From Hyphochytrium catenoides (taxonomy: Eukaryota > Protista > Hyphochytriomycota), in assembly GCA_900088475.1 (NCBI GenBank), contig FLMG01002090.1:3427-67426 (forward strand): a stretch of DNA of 64,000 nucleotides, read 5' to 3'. A model generated the notes under the pieces. That model did not search any database and was not told the origin of the DNA. It worked only from the letters and a program-made list of their open reading frames with translations. Each line of letters opens with the position of its first letter. Positions within the stretch are counted from its first letter, which is position 1. Below are positions 36,261-49,182 of the stretch, piece after piece. The position numbers were made by a program, and so were the translations under genes.

Positions 36261-36989
36261 GCTAACTCGCCCACCCCGCCGCCAGGTGGAGCAGTGTAGT
36301 GAGATCGTCAAATACGAACGAGAAGAGACCAAGAAAGAGCAACTCTGACAGCGCCCAGAGCTCGGGATAGTCCCCGACTGAGAACCAACCGCTGTTCCTC
36401 TCAGGTCCACTACTAGAGCGCTCACTTAGGAGCTCCAGTAAATTGGGAGAAGTGGCGGTAGATGGGAAAGGAGAGAGATATCATCGGTCACGATTTGCTT
36501 TTGTCCAGGCCTCTTAATCAACGTTGCTGGGTCTCTTTGACGCAGCACTCTATTATCCTTCCTGATCTCCGCATTCGAAATAAGGAGCGCCCCAAATGCC
36601 ACTTCTTCTGGCTGACACAGATGATCCTTGTTGCGGCGGCGATGGTACGTAGGGCCTGCGTCTGATCCTTCCCACGCAGAAAAGCAGACAAACAGAGCTA
36701 AGCCATGGGAAAGACCATGAAAGGAGGAAAAGTGGAGGAGCATTCTAATTATTAGTTGCCGCAAGCAAGACAATGGTTCGGTCTCTCTGCAAGCCAGCCC
36801 TTATGCGGTTTATGGGGCCAGAGAGAGAGGTTGCTCGTCGCTTTGGACACCGTGAAAGAGAAAGAGTGATGCGGCTAATGTGATGAGAGGAGGCTTTTGT
36901 ACCTCTATCTGTGGGCATAGGTGGGAAGAGTACTGCGGCGTTAATGTTAGGGAAAGGTGGACCCTTCACCCCTTTCCCTGTCGTTTCGC

Positions 36990-37111
36990 TGGTCTGTCTG
37001 TCTGTTTGTTTGTTTTTCTGTCTCTGTCTCTCTGTCTCTCTGCTCTCTCTCTGTCTCTCTCTCTGTCTCTCTCTTTCTCTCTCTCTTTTTCTCTCTCTCT
37101 CTCTCTCTCTC
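36990..37111. repeat. (CT)n/(CTGT)n microsatellite in the spacer between the two kinase genes
   Basis: Directly visible CT/CTGT runs. Confidence 0.9.
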
Positions 37112-39722
37112 CGACAGGAACACTCCCAGTCCTCATCTTCTCTTGCTCTGTTTCTCAACCCTTTCTCTGTCACTCTGTCTCGTCCCAGTTCCCCCTAAAT
37201 AACCTACAGGTAGTAATTTTTTGAAACCTAAAACCCCTTTAGGTGCATTCCTAGTTCTATATCACAGCTATCAAGAGTCAATTACCCGTTACTTCTGTTA
37301 TTTCGAAGATGCCAAGCTGCAAGATGATGAGGAACTTTTAGGAGCTCGAAAGACAGCGCCACAGTGAAGAGATTCATAGTGCTCTTCATAGTCCGATCGT
37401 CCTCTCTCCAACGTCATCATCCTACTAATCCCCCGCAATGCATCCAGCCAACGGGCAGGCAGGCAGTTTAGTTGCTAGACACTGCCTCCTGGCTGCTGGT
37501 AGTTAATCATTAGAAAGCCAGCTGCTTTGTGGCTGCTGCTGGTGGCTGGGTGCTCGCTGGAGGGGAGGATATAGACGAGGTGGCTTCCGTTCTCCAATTG
37601 TATCGTCTTTCTCCCTGTAGTACTGGTTCCTACGTGACATTGCGGTCACGGTCAGTAGCAGCTGCACGCCTAGCCTGCCGCAGACTTGCTGCTGGTCGTT
37701 GGTGATGTTTGCTGCTTTTTGGTGGAGCGGATATTCATCATCTTTAGTTGATAATTCCTCCTTTCCCGCCTCCCCAGTGCAGTGAGGGGGGATCCATCGA
37801 CCACCCTAAGCATTGCAGAAGTAGTCTTGCTTTCCTTTTCTCTTCTTGTCGTCTCCAGACGACGTGCTTTCGTAGGAGAAGGGACCTAAAGAACATCAAG
37901 AGAGCAGAGGACGATGAGGAAGACAACAAGAAAAGTCCCCTCCCCCCACAAGCAACAAGATTCTTTCCTTCTTGAGATATAGCCAGCACGACAGGAGAAG
38001 AAGAGTAGAGTGAGATCGCCCGTAGCAGCTATTAGCTTTCACACCGGTGATGAGCAGGTGATTATTTACCCTTCCGCCTATTAGCAGCGGATGGGGACTG
38101 CGGGTACACTTACTGATTCTGGGGCCCCAGTAATGAGGACAAGTGAGAAGACGGGAGAACGGGGTAAGATGGTCGATTCCTTATTGTTCATTCATGGACA
38201 GCCTCCAACGCCTTCCCTAAAGCAGAGTCAAACTGCTTCACGTCCCACCTGCCCTTAGCTGTTAAAGTCCTCCCCTACTACCACGTAGCACCTGCAGCAA
38301 GCAGCAGCAGAAGGAGAGCGTACAAGGCAAGGAACGCAGAGACAATGAATGTCACCCGGGAGCCACTGCGACAAAATCTAACAAAAGTCTCTATCACCAT
38401 CCTCGCCCCGATTCCCTGTGTCACAAGCAAGCAGCAGAAAGCTGCCATAGAGATTATTTTAAAAAGATGACGATAAAGAAGAGCAATGGGTGCGACTCCC
38501 GCCGCAACGCTGTGCTTGCTCGGGTTGGAGAAAAGTCGTCTTCCTGCCTAGCACAACAAGGACACACTTTTTTGATAATAGCTGCTGATACCACGGCCTC
38601 TTATGATAAAGCTTACTCTCTCTAGCTGGATAGATGATGATGATTCTTCTTCAGACTCAACTTTACATTCTTGCGCATACCTTGATTATTAGGGCACTAT
38701 CCCGTGAAAGAGCCTCTTTCCCCTCCTTTGATGCCCTGCTTAGCCGCACAGCACCCAGCCACTTGAGAGAAGGACGGTGTAACAACTTTGGAGCAGCAAG
38801 AGAATGGGGATAATAGGTTCATCGTAGTAAGGAAGAACCACTTTTCCTCCCCCTCCTTCCTAGGTAAACCACCTAGCTACAACTAGTAGACGTTGCCTGT
38901 GGGGAAGCAACAGAAGATATAATCAACCACGACAACTTCCATCAGTTAATGATCGACAACCATTCGGTTCCTCGTCCTCGTGCTCCTCATCATCCGCTTT
39001 TCAATCATCGTCCCTTGCTATTATGCTGGTAATAACAACAATGAATACCGGGTCGAGAATGGCAGCCATTTGAATGAAGGAGAAGATAAACGACTACTCT
39101 TCCTAGCAAGCACCGCCACGGACAACACGACAGACAGGACCCCATCACGCACCAGTCCTCCTGTTCGTTTACCTGAAGAAGGCACCCGACGGAGAACGAG
39201 AAGGAGAAGAAGACGAGCCCACGCAAGACAGGGAGGAAGGGAGGAGGAAGCAAGAACAACAACGATAAGGACCAACGAACGCCCAGCACCATCACCATCA
39301 CCACGGCCACCTCTCATCCTCCATAGTAGTGAGACAACTAACGGGCGCGGGAGGTGATTAAGGTAAGTGACCGCCATGGAGATTTATCGGGCGAGGAGCT
39401 GAGCCGCAGCAGCAGCAGAAGAAGGAGTGACTGGGCCCACCACCATCTTCTTCTTCTGAAGATGCCGATGAGCCTGTGAGACGCTATGTATAGGCTTGGC
39501 TTACTCTGTCGCCGCTTGATCTCTTGGCTTTGAGGAAGAGGAAGGACGGACGCTCCGACATCAAGTGCAATCTTCGTCTTTTTCTCTTTCTGACAGTCAA
39601 TCAACCATCATCATCGAGAGCGGGGCCACCTGACTTTATTCGGGGTTTAATTCTGTGGAGTAAAATATATGTCCCCAGTAAATAAAGTGAGGCAGCTTTA
39701 TTAGAAAATTAGAGCTCATTTT

Positions 39723-39746
39723 ACACGTGGGGCCTAACACGTGGGG
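39723..39746. promoter_or_regulatory. Tandem ACACGTGGGG (E-box/G-box core CACGTG) in an AT-rich patch of the divergent intergenic region
   Basis: The exact 10-mer occurs twice, at 39723-39732 and 39737-39746, flanked by AT-rich DNA and followed by a long CT tract. A regulatory role is inference only. Confidence 0.35.
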
Positions 39747-39829
39747 GATAAAAACTCAATATTTCTTTATAAAAACTTTTAACCTTTCCACAACTCTTCT
39801 AGATCTATGTCCCTCCCTTGTGTCCTCTC

Positions 39830-39898
39830 TCGCTCTTCCTCCCTCTCTCTTTCTCTCTCTTAATCCTTTCTCTCTCTTTAATCCTTTCTCTCTCTTCG

Positions 39899-39959
<61 letters not shown>

Positions 39960-40060
39960 CTCTCTCCTCTCTCTCCACCTCTTCTCTCTCTCTCCCTCTC
40001 TCCCTCTCCCTCTTCCCTCCCTCTCCCCTTTCCTCTCTCTCCTTATCTCTTATCTCTCCC
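39830..40060. repeat. Pyrimidine-rich (CT)n tract upstream of kinase B
   Basis: About 230 bp that is almost purely C/T. Confidence 0.9.
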
Positions 40061-40784
40061 TTTCGAAGATGTGGCACATTTTTTTCCGTACCTCTGTTTG
40101 CCATCAACAGCTTGTAGCTGTTCCTTACCTCCTCTCCTCAAAATGACCCTCCTCGCCCTTTGAATGTGGACCGGACACAGACACCACACTCTTCCTGCAA
40201 CAGCTTCTTTCTATCTACACCTAACCTTACTTCCCCTCCTGCTGCTTCACTTCCTCTGCGCCTAGCCTGCCGTCTCTCTAGCGATTGAGTGAGCCTCCTA
40301 GAGAGAGAAAAGCAGCCCAACGCCAGGCCAATAGTAGGAGACGGAAAGGGACCGCTGGGAGCAGCATTCACTCTTCTCTCTCTCTCTCCAAGGCTCTGTA
40401 GGCAAGCAAGAAGCATCTCCGAAGCGAGCATCGGGGAGGTAACAATAGGAGAGGATAAAAGCAATCTACTGTCCGCTCGAGGGAAGGAGAGCAGGACCGT
40501 TGAGTTAATAATTCGATAGTCGGTCCTACGAGCATGTTGTTGTCCCAGCTCTTGTCCTATGTTCATACCCTCATGGCCCCATCAGTCAGGACGATGACCT
40601 GAAGGAAAGAGGACGATACGACTATCTTCTTCTCTCCGCTTCGTCCTTGGCGGTGAGAGGAGGCCCCAGCAACCCCGGCTTCTCCGGAGCAAGAGTCCAC
40701 TTGTCTCTCTCTCCCTGGTGCCCGACCTTTTGCTCTCTTGCCTCATCGTATAAGGCGGGCGTCTTGGCCCACGAAGAGAGGAAG

Positions 40785-43700
40785 ATGCAGATCTCAAACG
40801 TCCCAACGGGCCAACCTGGTCCAGCTTCTGCAGATGAGGTGCTGAATAGGGCCATACAAACCCTTGCTGATGACGCAAAGGCTAATCTGGGCGTAGCTTT
40901 CGCGCTTTGCTACGTGTACGATGGAAACACTGCACTGCTTAGGGGAATGACGAGCGAGCTAGACGAGCGTCATGTACCCAAGCGGATAGCTGTGCAACTT
41001 GATGTGCTTGAGAGACAAGAAGAAGAGCAGCATGAGGATCTATGGTCAATAGGGAGGGCTATTTCTTCAAGGAGGATGACGAAGGTGGTTGACTGCCAGA
41101 AGAAGGTGCTAAGGTCTCCTGCATCCTACTCTGCCGTATCCGTGCCTCTTGAGCTCTCCGCCGAGGACGATGGAGTTCTGGGCGTCCTAGTCTTGGGCTT
41201 CGATGCAGGGAAAGAGGTTGACAGGGTCTTGCAAGGCTTTTTAGAGCTGCTTGCTCGGCAGCTCGCTCACTTGATCTCCTCAACTCGGACCTACGAAGAA
41301 CAGAGAATGAGAGCAGAAGCTCTGGCAGAGATTGACCGCGCAAAGACTATCTTCTTCCAAAATAGTAAGTGCCAGCTGTGCTTGTTGGAGCTTCTCCTCG
41401 TCCCCATTGTTCGGCTCCCGATTGGTCTTATTGATAACTACTGACCCAGTCTTCCTGCCTTCTCGTCTCTCTTCGCCTATTGCTTACGACTGCCACCGGC
41501 TGTGTCCCCTGCTGGAACTTCTCTTTGGCGCTTGGCTGGGTCTTCATTAGTCTCCCATGAGTTTAGGACACCGATACACTTAGGTAAGGAGACAAGGCAT
41601 GGATGCTGTGTACTGGTGGCGTTTAACTGCGTCGTCTGCTTTATTAACTCCTAGTGCTGAGCATTTGCCAAGCCAATTAGGGCACAGTCATCATGTACTA
41701 TGACACTTCTGGTGTGCCTTTGAGCCGCCGCTGTTCTTCTCTCGGTACCATGATATGAGCATTGCCATGCCATGCGATTCACTTGTTCACCCTCACTTTC
41801 TCTTCTTGAGCTTCATTGCTCTTACTACTTCCTTTTCTTTGGATGCTATGTATGTTGACCTCTCTCTAATCCTATCTTCTCTGCTGTCCGTGCACTCCTA
41901 TTAATAGGGCTTGCGAATATCAGAGACGTGCTAGACAGCACGGCTGGTGTACTGCCTTTGGAAGCCACAGAAAAGCTAGAAATGGCATACAGCAACTCCC
42001 TGCGGCTTCTTAAACTCGTCAACTCTCTTCTAGAGTTCTCCACCATTGAGGCCGACAGGCAGAGAGCCAACTTTGTACCCGCCAATCTTTCTGCTCTCAC
42101 TAAAGACGTAGCCAGCATGTTCGAGTCAGCCTTTCAGGAGGCTGGGATAGCCTTCAGTGTAGACGTCGAGAGCTTTCCGGGGGATGTCGAAGTGTACATA
42201 GACAAGGATATGTGGGAGAAGATTGTGCTTAACTTGGTGTCTAATGCCATCAAGTATACTCTAGCGGGCAAGGTGGGAGTGAGACTAGTCCACGAAGCAG
42301 GTAATATGGAAGGCGTAGACCTTGGCCAGACAGATTACGCCGTCCTTACGGTGTCTGATACTGGCATTGGCATCCCAGAGAAGGACGTCCCGCTTCTCTT
42401 TAACCGCTTCTACCGCGTGCAAGGCCCTCAAGGTCGGAGTATCGAGGGCTCCGGAATAGGCTGTCCTCTGGTGAAAGAAATGGTCAACTTCCACTCAGGG
42501 ACCATTGAAGTACAGTCCAAGCTCGGTGAAGGGACCACCTTCACGGTGCGGATACCGATGAAAAAGGCTGTCTCTTCCTCGCCTGCCACTTCTTCTAGTG
42601 CTCCCTTATCCTGTCGCCCTTCCCGCAAGGTAGAAGACAATCTTCTTCAACGAAGAGCCTTTGTCGAAGAGGCTTTAAGGTGGTTGCCTGAGCAGTCTGT
42701 TACTCGAAAAAGCAAGGCCTTAGGCACCCTTCGTCCATCTCCTCTATTGATTGCAGAAGGAGAGAGGAGAGGGACGGACAGCTGTGCTTCTCCACTCTCA
42801 CCTTCAGCCAAGGCTGTCATCCTCCTCGTTGACGACAACGCCGATATGCGGAACTATATACGGTCTGCTCTGACTAGTGAGGGATACGATGTAGTCCTAA
42901 GGAATAATGGGCTGGAAGCATACCAGTATCTGCAGGATGAGAAGAACACGTTGCCTGATCTTATTGTGTCAGACATTATGATGCCCTACATGGATGGGCT
43001 GGAACTTCTTGATAAAGTGAGAGCGGGCATAAACAAGAGATTGACATCTCATACACCTGTTATTTTTCTCTCTGCTAGAGCTGGCAAGGAAGCGAGGTTG
43101 AATGGTCTGCAACAGGGAGCCGACGACTACCTGGTCAAGCCTTTCTCAAAGCAAGAGCTCCTCTCCCGTGTAGAGTTTCATCTGTCAATAGCGGTTACCA
43201 GGAAGAGATTGGAAGAACAGGTGTCAGAGCAAACGAAAGAGCTGCAGGAAAGCGAGAGGAGATATCGAGAGCTCGCAGAAAATGTCCCTGTAGGAATCTA
43301 CATCTTGGATACTGAGGGAAAAGTCACCTTTGCTAATGATTGTTGGAAGACTCTCTTCGGCCTAAAGCGCAGTCAAAGCGAAGAAGAAAATCTGGATGCC
43401 TGGGAGCCTCAGGTCCATCCTGACGACAGGGCAAAGGCAAAAGATCTATTCATTAACAGAGCTATTGAGATGAGTAGAGAGAGTTCAATGGAGTTACGAC
43501 TTGTCAGATCCGATAGCGCGGTGGCGTTTGTCTACGCTAGACAGATTCCTACCTTCAAGGACAGCAGACTCACAGGTTTCTTCGGGGTGACAACGGATAT
43601 CACCAAGACAAAGGAGTTAGAAGAGGAGAACATCAGAGCAATCAGGAGGACAGAACTTGAGCAGCGCAAGAGAGCAGAAGAAGCGGAAGAGAACAGAAGC

Positions 43701-45673
43701 AGGCTTCAGACGTATGTGGACGTCATCTCTCATGAGATCCGAAATCCCATCAGCAACATTTTGAACATTGCGGATGTGTTGAAGGATCGGTTCCTGGAAG
43801 TCGAGAAGATGTTGGCAGATTCTTCTGTGCTTACTTGGCATGATGACAGCAAAAGGAGTAGGACCTTCACTAACCTGCAGAATGACGTGGAGCTTCTCAG
43901 TGCGTTAGAGCTCTGTGCCAATCATCAGCGTCTTATTACCGACGACGTACTTGAGCTCTCTCGCTTACAGGGCACTCAGTTTGTCCTTTCTGACGAGGCA
44001 TTTGATCCAAGGTTGATGCTGAAAGACGTCATAAAGATGTTCCGAGTTAGATTGGAAGAGGAACAAGTGCAGGTTTCCCTGCACATGCCCTCTGAAGAAG
44101 AAATCTCACTCTTGCCGAAGACCCTCCTTGGAGACTCAAAACGAATCAGTCAAGTGCTGATCAACCTTATCTCCAACGCTCTCAAGTTCATGGCCAAGGC
44201 ACAAAGAAAGCATCTAATCATATCTCTCTCTGCTGACCCTGGTAGTCGCATATCGGCGAAAGGGAAGGAGGAAGAAGGGTCCAGAATACTGAGGTACACT
44301 GTGACAGACACGGGCATGGGGATGACCCAGGAAGAACAAGCCAGTCTCTTCCGTCCGTTTTCGCAAGCCAACATCAAGACCTACAAGGAGTACGGCGGTT
44401 CAGGTAAGCTCGCTTTGTCAGTCTCAGCCTCAATAACTTTTTGACCTTATCCTCTGACTTGCCGCCGTCCCACGCTGGATGGGCCTTGATCCCACTACTG
44501 ACTTCAGCTACCTGCTCTGTCTCTTGTCTTCAACATGCAAGCTTAAGAGGTCAGCGGTTTCTCTTGAGTTGGGCTTGGTATCTTGCTGATAGATCTCATA
44601 GATCCTTCTTCGTTATCGTCAAGTGACTCTGTACCTTCTTCTAATGCCTCCTCCTGTAGGCATGGGCCTCTTTATCAGTCGCATTCTGGTTGAGAAGCTT
44701 GGCGGCTCCATTCAAGTCAAGAGCAAGTTAGGGTGTGAGACCTCTTTCACCTTCACGGCGGTTTGCAAGTGTCTCGCGACGGCTCCATCCCCTTTGTCCC
44801 TATCTTTAGCAACTTCCTCGGCTGCTGACCCGTCACCAGCTCCTGGTAGCTTGAAGACTACGAGCAAGAGAGACAGCCTTCCTCTCGAGCAACTTTCTGT
44901 GCTTCAAGGAAAGCGAGTATTGATTGTCGATGATAATGTGCTGAACCAGAAAATCCTGAATAAGCAGCTCAGGTCGGTTGGTATGCGAACAGCGGTAGCA
45001 GACAATGGACTTGAGGCGGTACACATCATACAAAGGAGCCAATCTTTTGAGGAATCGCGCTTTGACATCGTCCTTATGGACGTAGAGAGTAAGTGTCGCT
45101 GGGAACACTGCTATCCTAATGTCTCTCGCTCTATCGGAGTCAAACGTCACTTTTTGAGGAAGGGAAGCGCTTTATTATATCATTTTGTTCTGCTTTCTTC
45201 ACGAGCTTGCATGCGGCAGACCAGAAGATGAAGATGTGTGATCCTTAATGCTGGTTTAAATAGCGACTGCTGACTGTGCGCGGCATCTGCCGCTTGCTCA
45301 TTCAGTGTCCGTGCTCTTTTAAGTAGTTTCCTCGCTCCACCATCATCGATGGTTCCTTTCTCAGCTGATGTTCAGTTCACTTGTCTTCAACATCTACAAG
45401 CAAGCAGGCAGCTGACATCCCTTTCTGCCGCATTTGCTGCTCTTCTTAGTGCCTGTACTGAATGGCGTGGAGGCAGTGCAAGAAATTCGCAAGTGGGAGC
45501 GAAGCATTGGACTGCCAGCGGTTGTTGTTATTGGTTTGTCAGGCAATGCACGCGAAGAGCACGTTCAGGAAGCTCTTCGAGCCGGCATGACGAGCTATGC
45601 CACGAAGCCTTACAAGAGAGAGGCATTGATCTCTAGAATTGTCAAGCTGCTGCTTCAGCAGCCGCCTGTGTAA
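40785..45673 (+). CDS. Dual hybrid histidine kinase B, paralogue of A: GAF - HisKA - HATPase - REC - PAS - HisKA - HATPase - REC (~1253 aa; start uncertain)
   Basis: Exons 40785-41364, 41551-41583, 41908-44403, 44660-45088 and 45450-45673. Same motifs and the same four intron positions as kinase A. The frame is open from 40512 but its first ATG is at 40785, so an upstream exon is possible. Confidence 0.92.
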
Positions 45674-47532
45674 CTATCCTAACTGCTGCGGAGAATGTAG
45701 ACAACCTCTCAGTGTAAGGAAGAGAGCTTGGGCTGTCAAATAGAGCTTTAGCCTTTCTGGTTACTAGATTTACCCCTCGTCTCACGGAATCTATCCGCGT
45801 CGCTAGCATGTTACGTTTACCTTATAGAGAGGTAGTATAATAGATTTATTCTAGGAATGCAGCCGCAGCTTGGACGTCTCATACGGTCTCAAATTGTCAA
45901 GCTCATCAACACATCTCATTGAGTATATGGAGGCGTCAGGGTGTGGAGAAGACGAGCAAACTGATAAATGAAGGAGCTGCTTCATCTTCAGAGGGCCTAC
46001 GCTGTCCCGTCCTCCACCTTCCAGGCAGTAAAGGGAGTGTTCCAGAGCAGGATGATGGAAGGAGCCACCATGCAGCTTATGTCTTCCTTCCCGAGTCCTA
46101 GAGGGCTGGGCGAGAGCCTGCCTCATCTAGGATAAGATGCTCCGAGTCCGCGCCCATCCTCGTCGTCTGGGGGATTCTTTCGTATCGTTTATCATGTAGC
46201 TTTGCACAGGAGGTGACAATGCAAGGAGGTAGCCTGAGGTCACTTGATCATGAGACCTTCCATAGAGAGATAAATAGCTGACAAGGGGCAAGGGGTTCCT
46301 CAAGCTACTAGCACCTGGGTGCAAGACAGGGTAAGGCTTTCTTGTGGTTCATTCACAGAAAAGAGAAAGCCCTACCCCTTACAGCATCATCGTCTTTCTT
46401 TTCGTCGCCGCCTATGATTTCCTTGCTTGTAGCTAAGTAAATGCAGATCGCTTGTTCGACGCGACATAACGTACCACCAGCAGTAGTACAACGAAGAAGC
46501 AACACTCCTGGTAACGTCCAGAATGGTTCGCGTGCCGCCGAGGAAAGCCGACAAGATAATAGCTAAAACCATTGGACTGTCGTTAAACTTTAAGAGCAGC
46601 TGAGATGCTACTGCCAGCAAGGAACGACGTATCTGTCTGGAGATCTCACATCTGGTAACAACATCACGTGTTCGTGCCTGTAACTAAGGCTAGAAGAAAG
46701 AGGGTAGCTCCTTGGTGGTGGGTGATTGCAAAGAGCAGACCAATGCCATGAGAGTCCAAGCAAGTAGCAAAAGTGCAAATCACTGGCAGCTGTAGCAAAT
46801 GGCGCCGTCGGCACAGGCACACTCCTTGTGATCTACCTCCTCTCTACGGTCGTGTAGCCACCCAGCTTCGTTAACACCTAGCTCAGTAGCATAACTCCTC
46901 TTAGCCAGGCAATCGTTGACATACCATTACTTACCACCTCCAAACTGCCATTAAGCCGCCACTCGCGTCACTAGTGCTTGTCGATATGCTCTCAGCTAGT
47001 AGTGGCCTTCTCACAACCTACCATCGGCCGCTGGTCCTAGCAAAAAGAGAAACTCATAGAAACATTAAAATCGTCCTCGTTCAAACTGTTTCTTGGTGTC
47101 TTGTCTGCTTGGACGCACCAGCCTATTTTGAGGGCCATGTCCTAGACCCGGTCCTAGACCCGTCGCCTTTGCTTGTGGAGTCAAGTGGAAAGAAACTTAG
47201 CTAGAAGTAGAAGGCCACCACACACGCACTGGCGGCAGGGGCAGAAGAAGGAGAGATAAAGCCCACCGCAACGAAAGCGTCAGCGTAACAAGCCAGTCCA
47301 TGACGTGAAAGGCCTTCCTTTTAGAAGTGAATGATGATGGCTCAAGACGGTGGATGACAGACATACCAAGCACGTAGTTGCAGACTAAGGGTGGATATTG
47401 TGAGTACATGTAGTTAGTGTTTGAAAGGTAGTAGCCCTCCTGGATAACACTTAAGCACTTTAGATGTGTGGGCAGTGCGACGCTCCTGCTGCTTTCAGCT
47501 CCTGTCCCTCTTCTTTCAGTCTATGGTTCCTT

Positions 47533-49182
47533 TCAGATAAGAGTTACATTCTCTGAAAGCTCTTCGTCCTCCTCTGCATCCGCTTTCGTTGGGGAAAGGA
47601 AGCTGACATCCACGGCAGGGATAGCAGCGGCAGGTCCGCCCTTGGGAGGAGGGTCGATCACGATACCCGAGAGCTTTTCACAGAGCCTCTTGAAGATCTG
47701 CTGGAACTGAAGCAAACTTCCACTTCTCCGAGAGACAGAAACAATGCGAAGGTTTTCCTACAAAGAAGGAGAGAAAAGAGAGGGAAACAGACACAGAGAA
47801 AGGGGAATTGTTCAACATCAAAGACACTGAGGGGAGGATAAGCAGACGGAGTTAAGAGAGAGAGAGAGCCATATCCCTCTCTTCTCCATCTCCTATAAGA
47901 CTGCCTTTACCTCCTTGGATTCATAAATATTCGCAACCACTTCAGCTTGAGCTCCTGACTCCTGCACTAAGGCCTTGATTTTATAATTCTCAGGGTTAAC
48001 CTTCAGGTTCTGTGCTCCCATGGAGCGAAGACATTCCTCCACGATGCCCAACAGAGATGGAGCGGGAAGGGCGGAGAAAAAGTGTGTGTATCGGGCCACA
48101 TGCTCTGTCTGATGCGGCTCATACTGTATGGGCTTTGGTGTCTCTGCTCCGTAGTCGTAGCTTACGGATCGGACAAGGTTTGAGGAGAAGGGATCAAACT
48201 CGTCGCCTGCTCCTCCACCCCCTGACTGGCGGCCTGCAGCCTTCTGCTCCTTCTCTAACCTCTTCTTCTCCTCCACTTGCGCCTTCCTATTCTGTAAATC
48301 TTGGACTATGAGGGGCATTGGCGTGCTTCCTGCTTGGTACCAAGGATCGGCCTCAATGTCCGCAATGGTGGCTCTCCTTTTCGGATCGATGACAAAAATC
48401 TTGCTGAGTAACTGCATGGCACCAAGTGAGAACTTTGCATTGCGTCTATGGGCTTCCCAGAAGCGCTGATACCGCCCGTGGAGGAGCTGACCGAACCACC
48501 AGTCGGAAGGATCAGCCGTGTTGAAAGGGGGGAATGCAGCCAACATCACGAAGAGAACACAGCCAGCAGACCAAATGTCGGCCGCTGCAGCGTTGTATGG
48601 CTTTCTTTGTATCACTTCTGGGGCCATATAACATTGTGTGCCGCACGCTGTGAAGCTGAGAGACATAGCACCCTCCTCCTCTTCATGAATTGCAGCAAGA
48701 CCAAAATCTGCGATCTTTAGACTGAAGTCTTGGGCTAATAGAAGATTCTCTGGCTTGATGTCTCTATGATGCACTCCTGCTGCATGGCAGGCCTTTAGCC
48801 CTTGGATTAGCATCTGGAAGTAGGCTCTAGCGATGTGCTCTGGGAAGCTTCCCGTGTACATCATAAAATCAAAGAGCTCTCCGCCGCTGGCTAACTCGAC
48901 CACCAGGCAGAAGATGTCCTTCGTAGTGCCATTCTTCTTAGGGTAGTGCGCACCAAGGATGAAATCGATCATCGGCAGAACAAAGGGATGAGATACTCTC
49001 TTCATGGCAGTGATCTCTCGCTGCAGGTTGCTCATTTGCCGCTGTGTGATGCCTGACTTGTTCATGATCTTCAATGCTACATAGTCGCCTGTCACTCGGT
49101 GCCGTCCTAACTTGACTTTGCCCGAGATGCCCTTCCCTAATGTGTGAAGCACTTCATATTCTCCTATGTATCGCCCCGTCAT
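47533..49182 (-). CDS. CAMK-group (SNF1/MARK/CIPK-like) Ser/Thr protein kinase with a C-terminal KA1-like domain (498 aa)
   Basis: Exons 49182-47911 and 47757-47533. Motifs LGKGISGKVK, VALKIM, HRDIKPENLLL, DFG, TACGTQCYMAPE, DIWSAG. C-terminal 'IVSVSRRSGSLLQFQQIFKRL' is KA1-like. Confidence 0.95.

Noticed and set aside
30351-45673. Bacterial contamination or assembly duplication as the origin of the kinase pair
   Set aside because: Both copies have spliceosomal introns at identical positions and differ extensively at silent and intronic sites.
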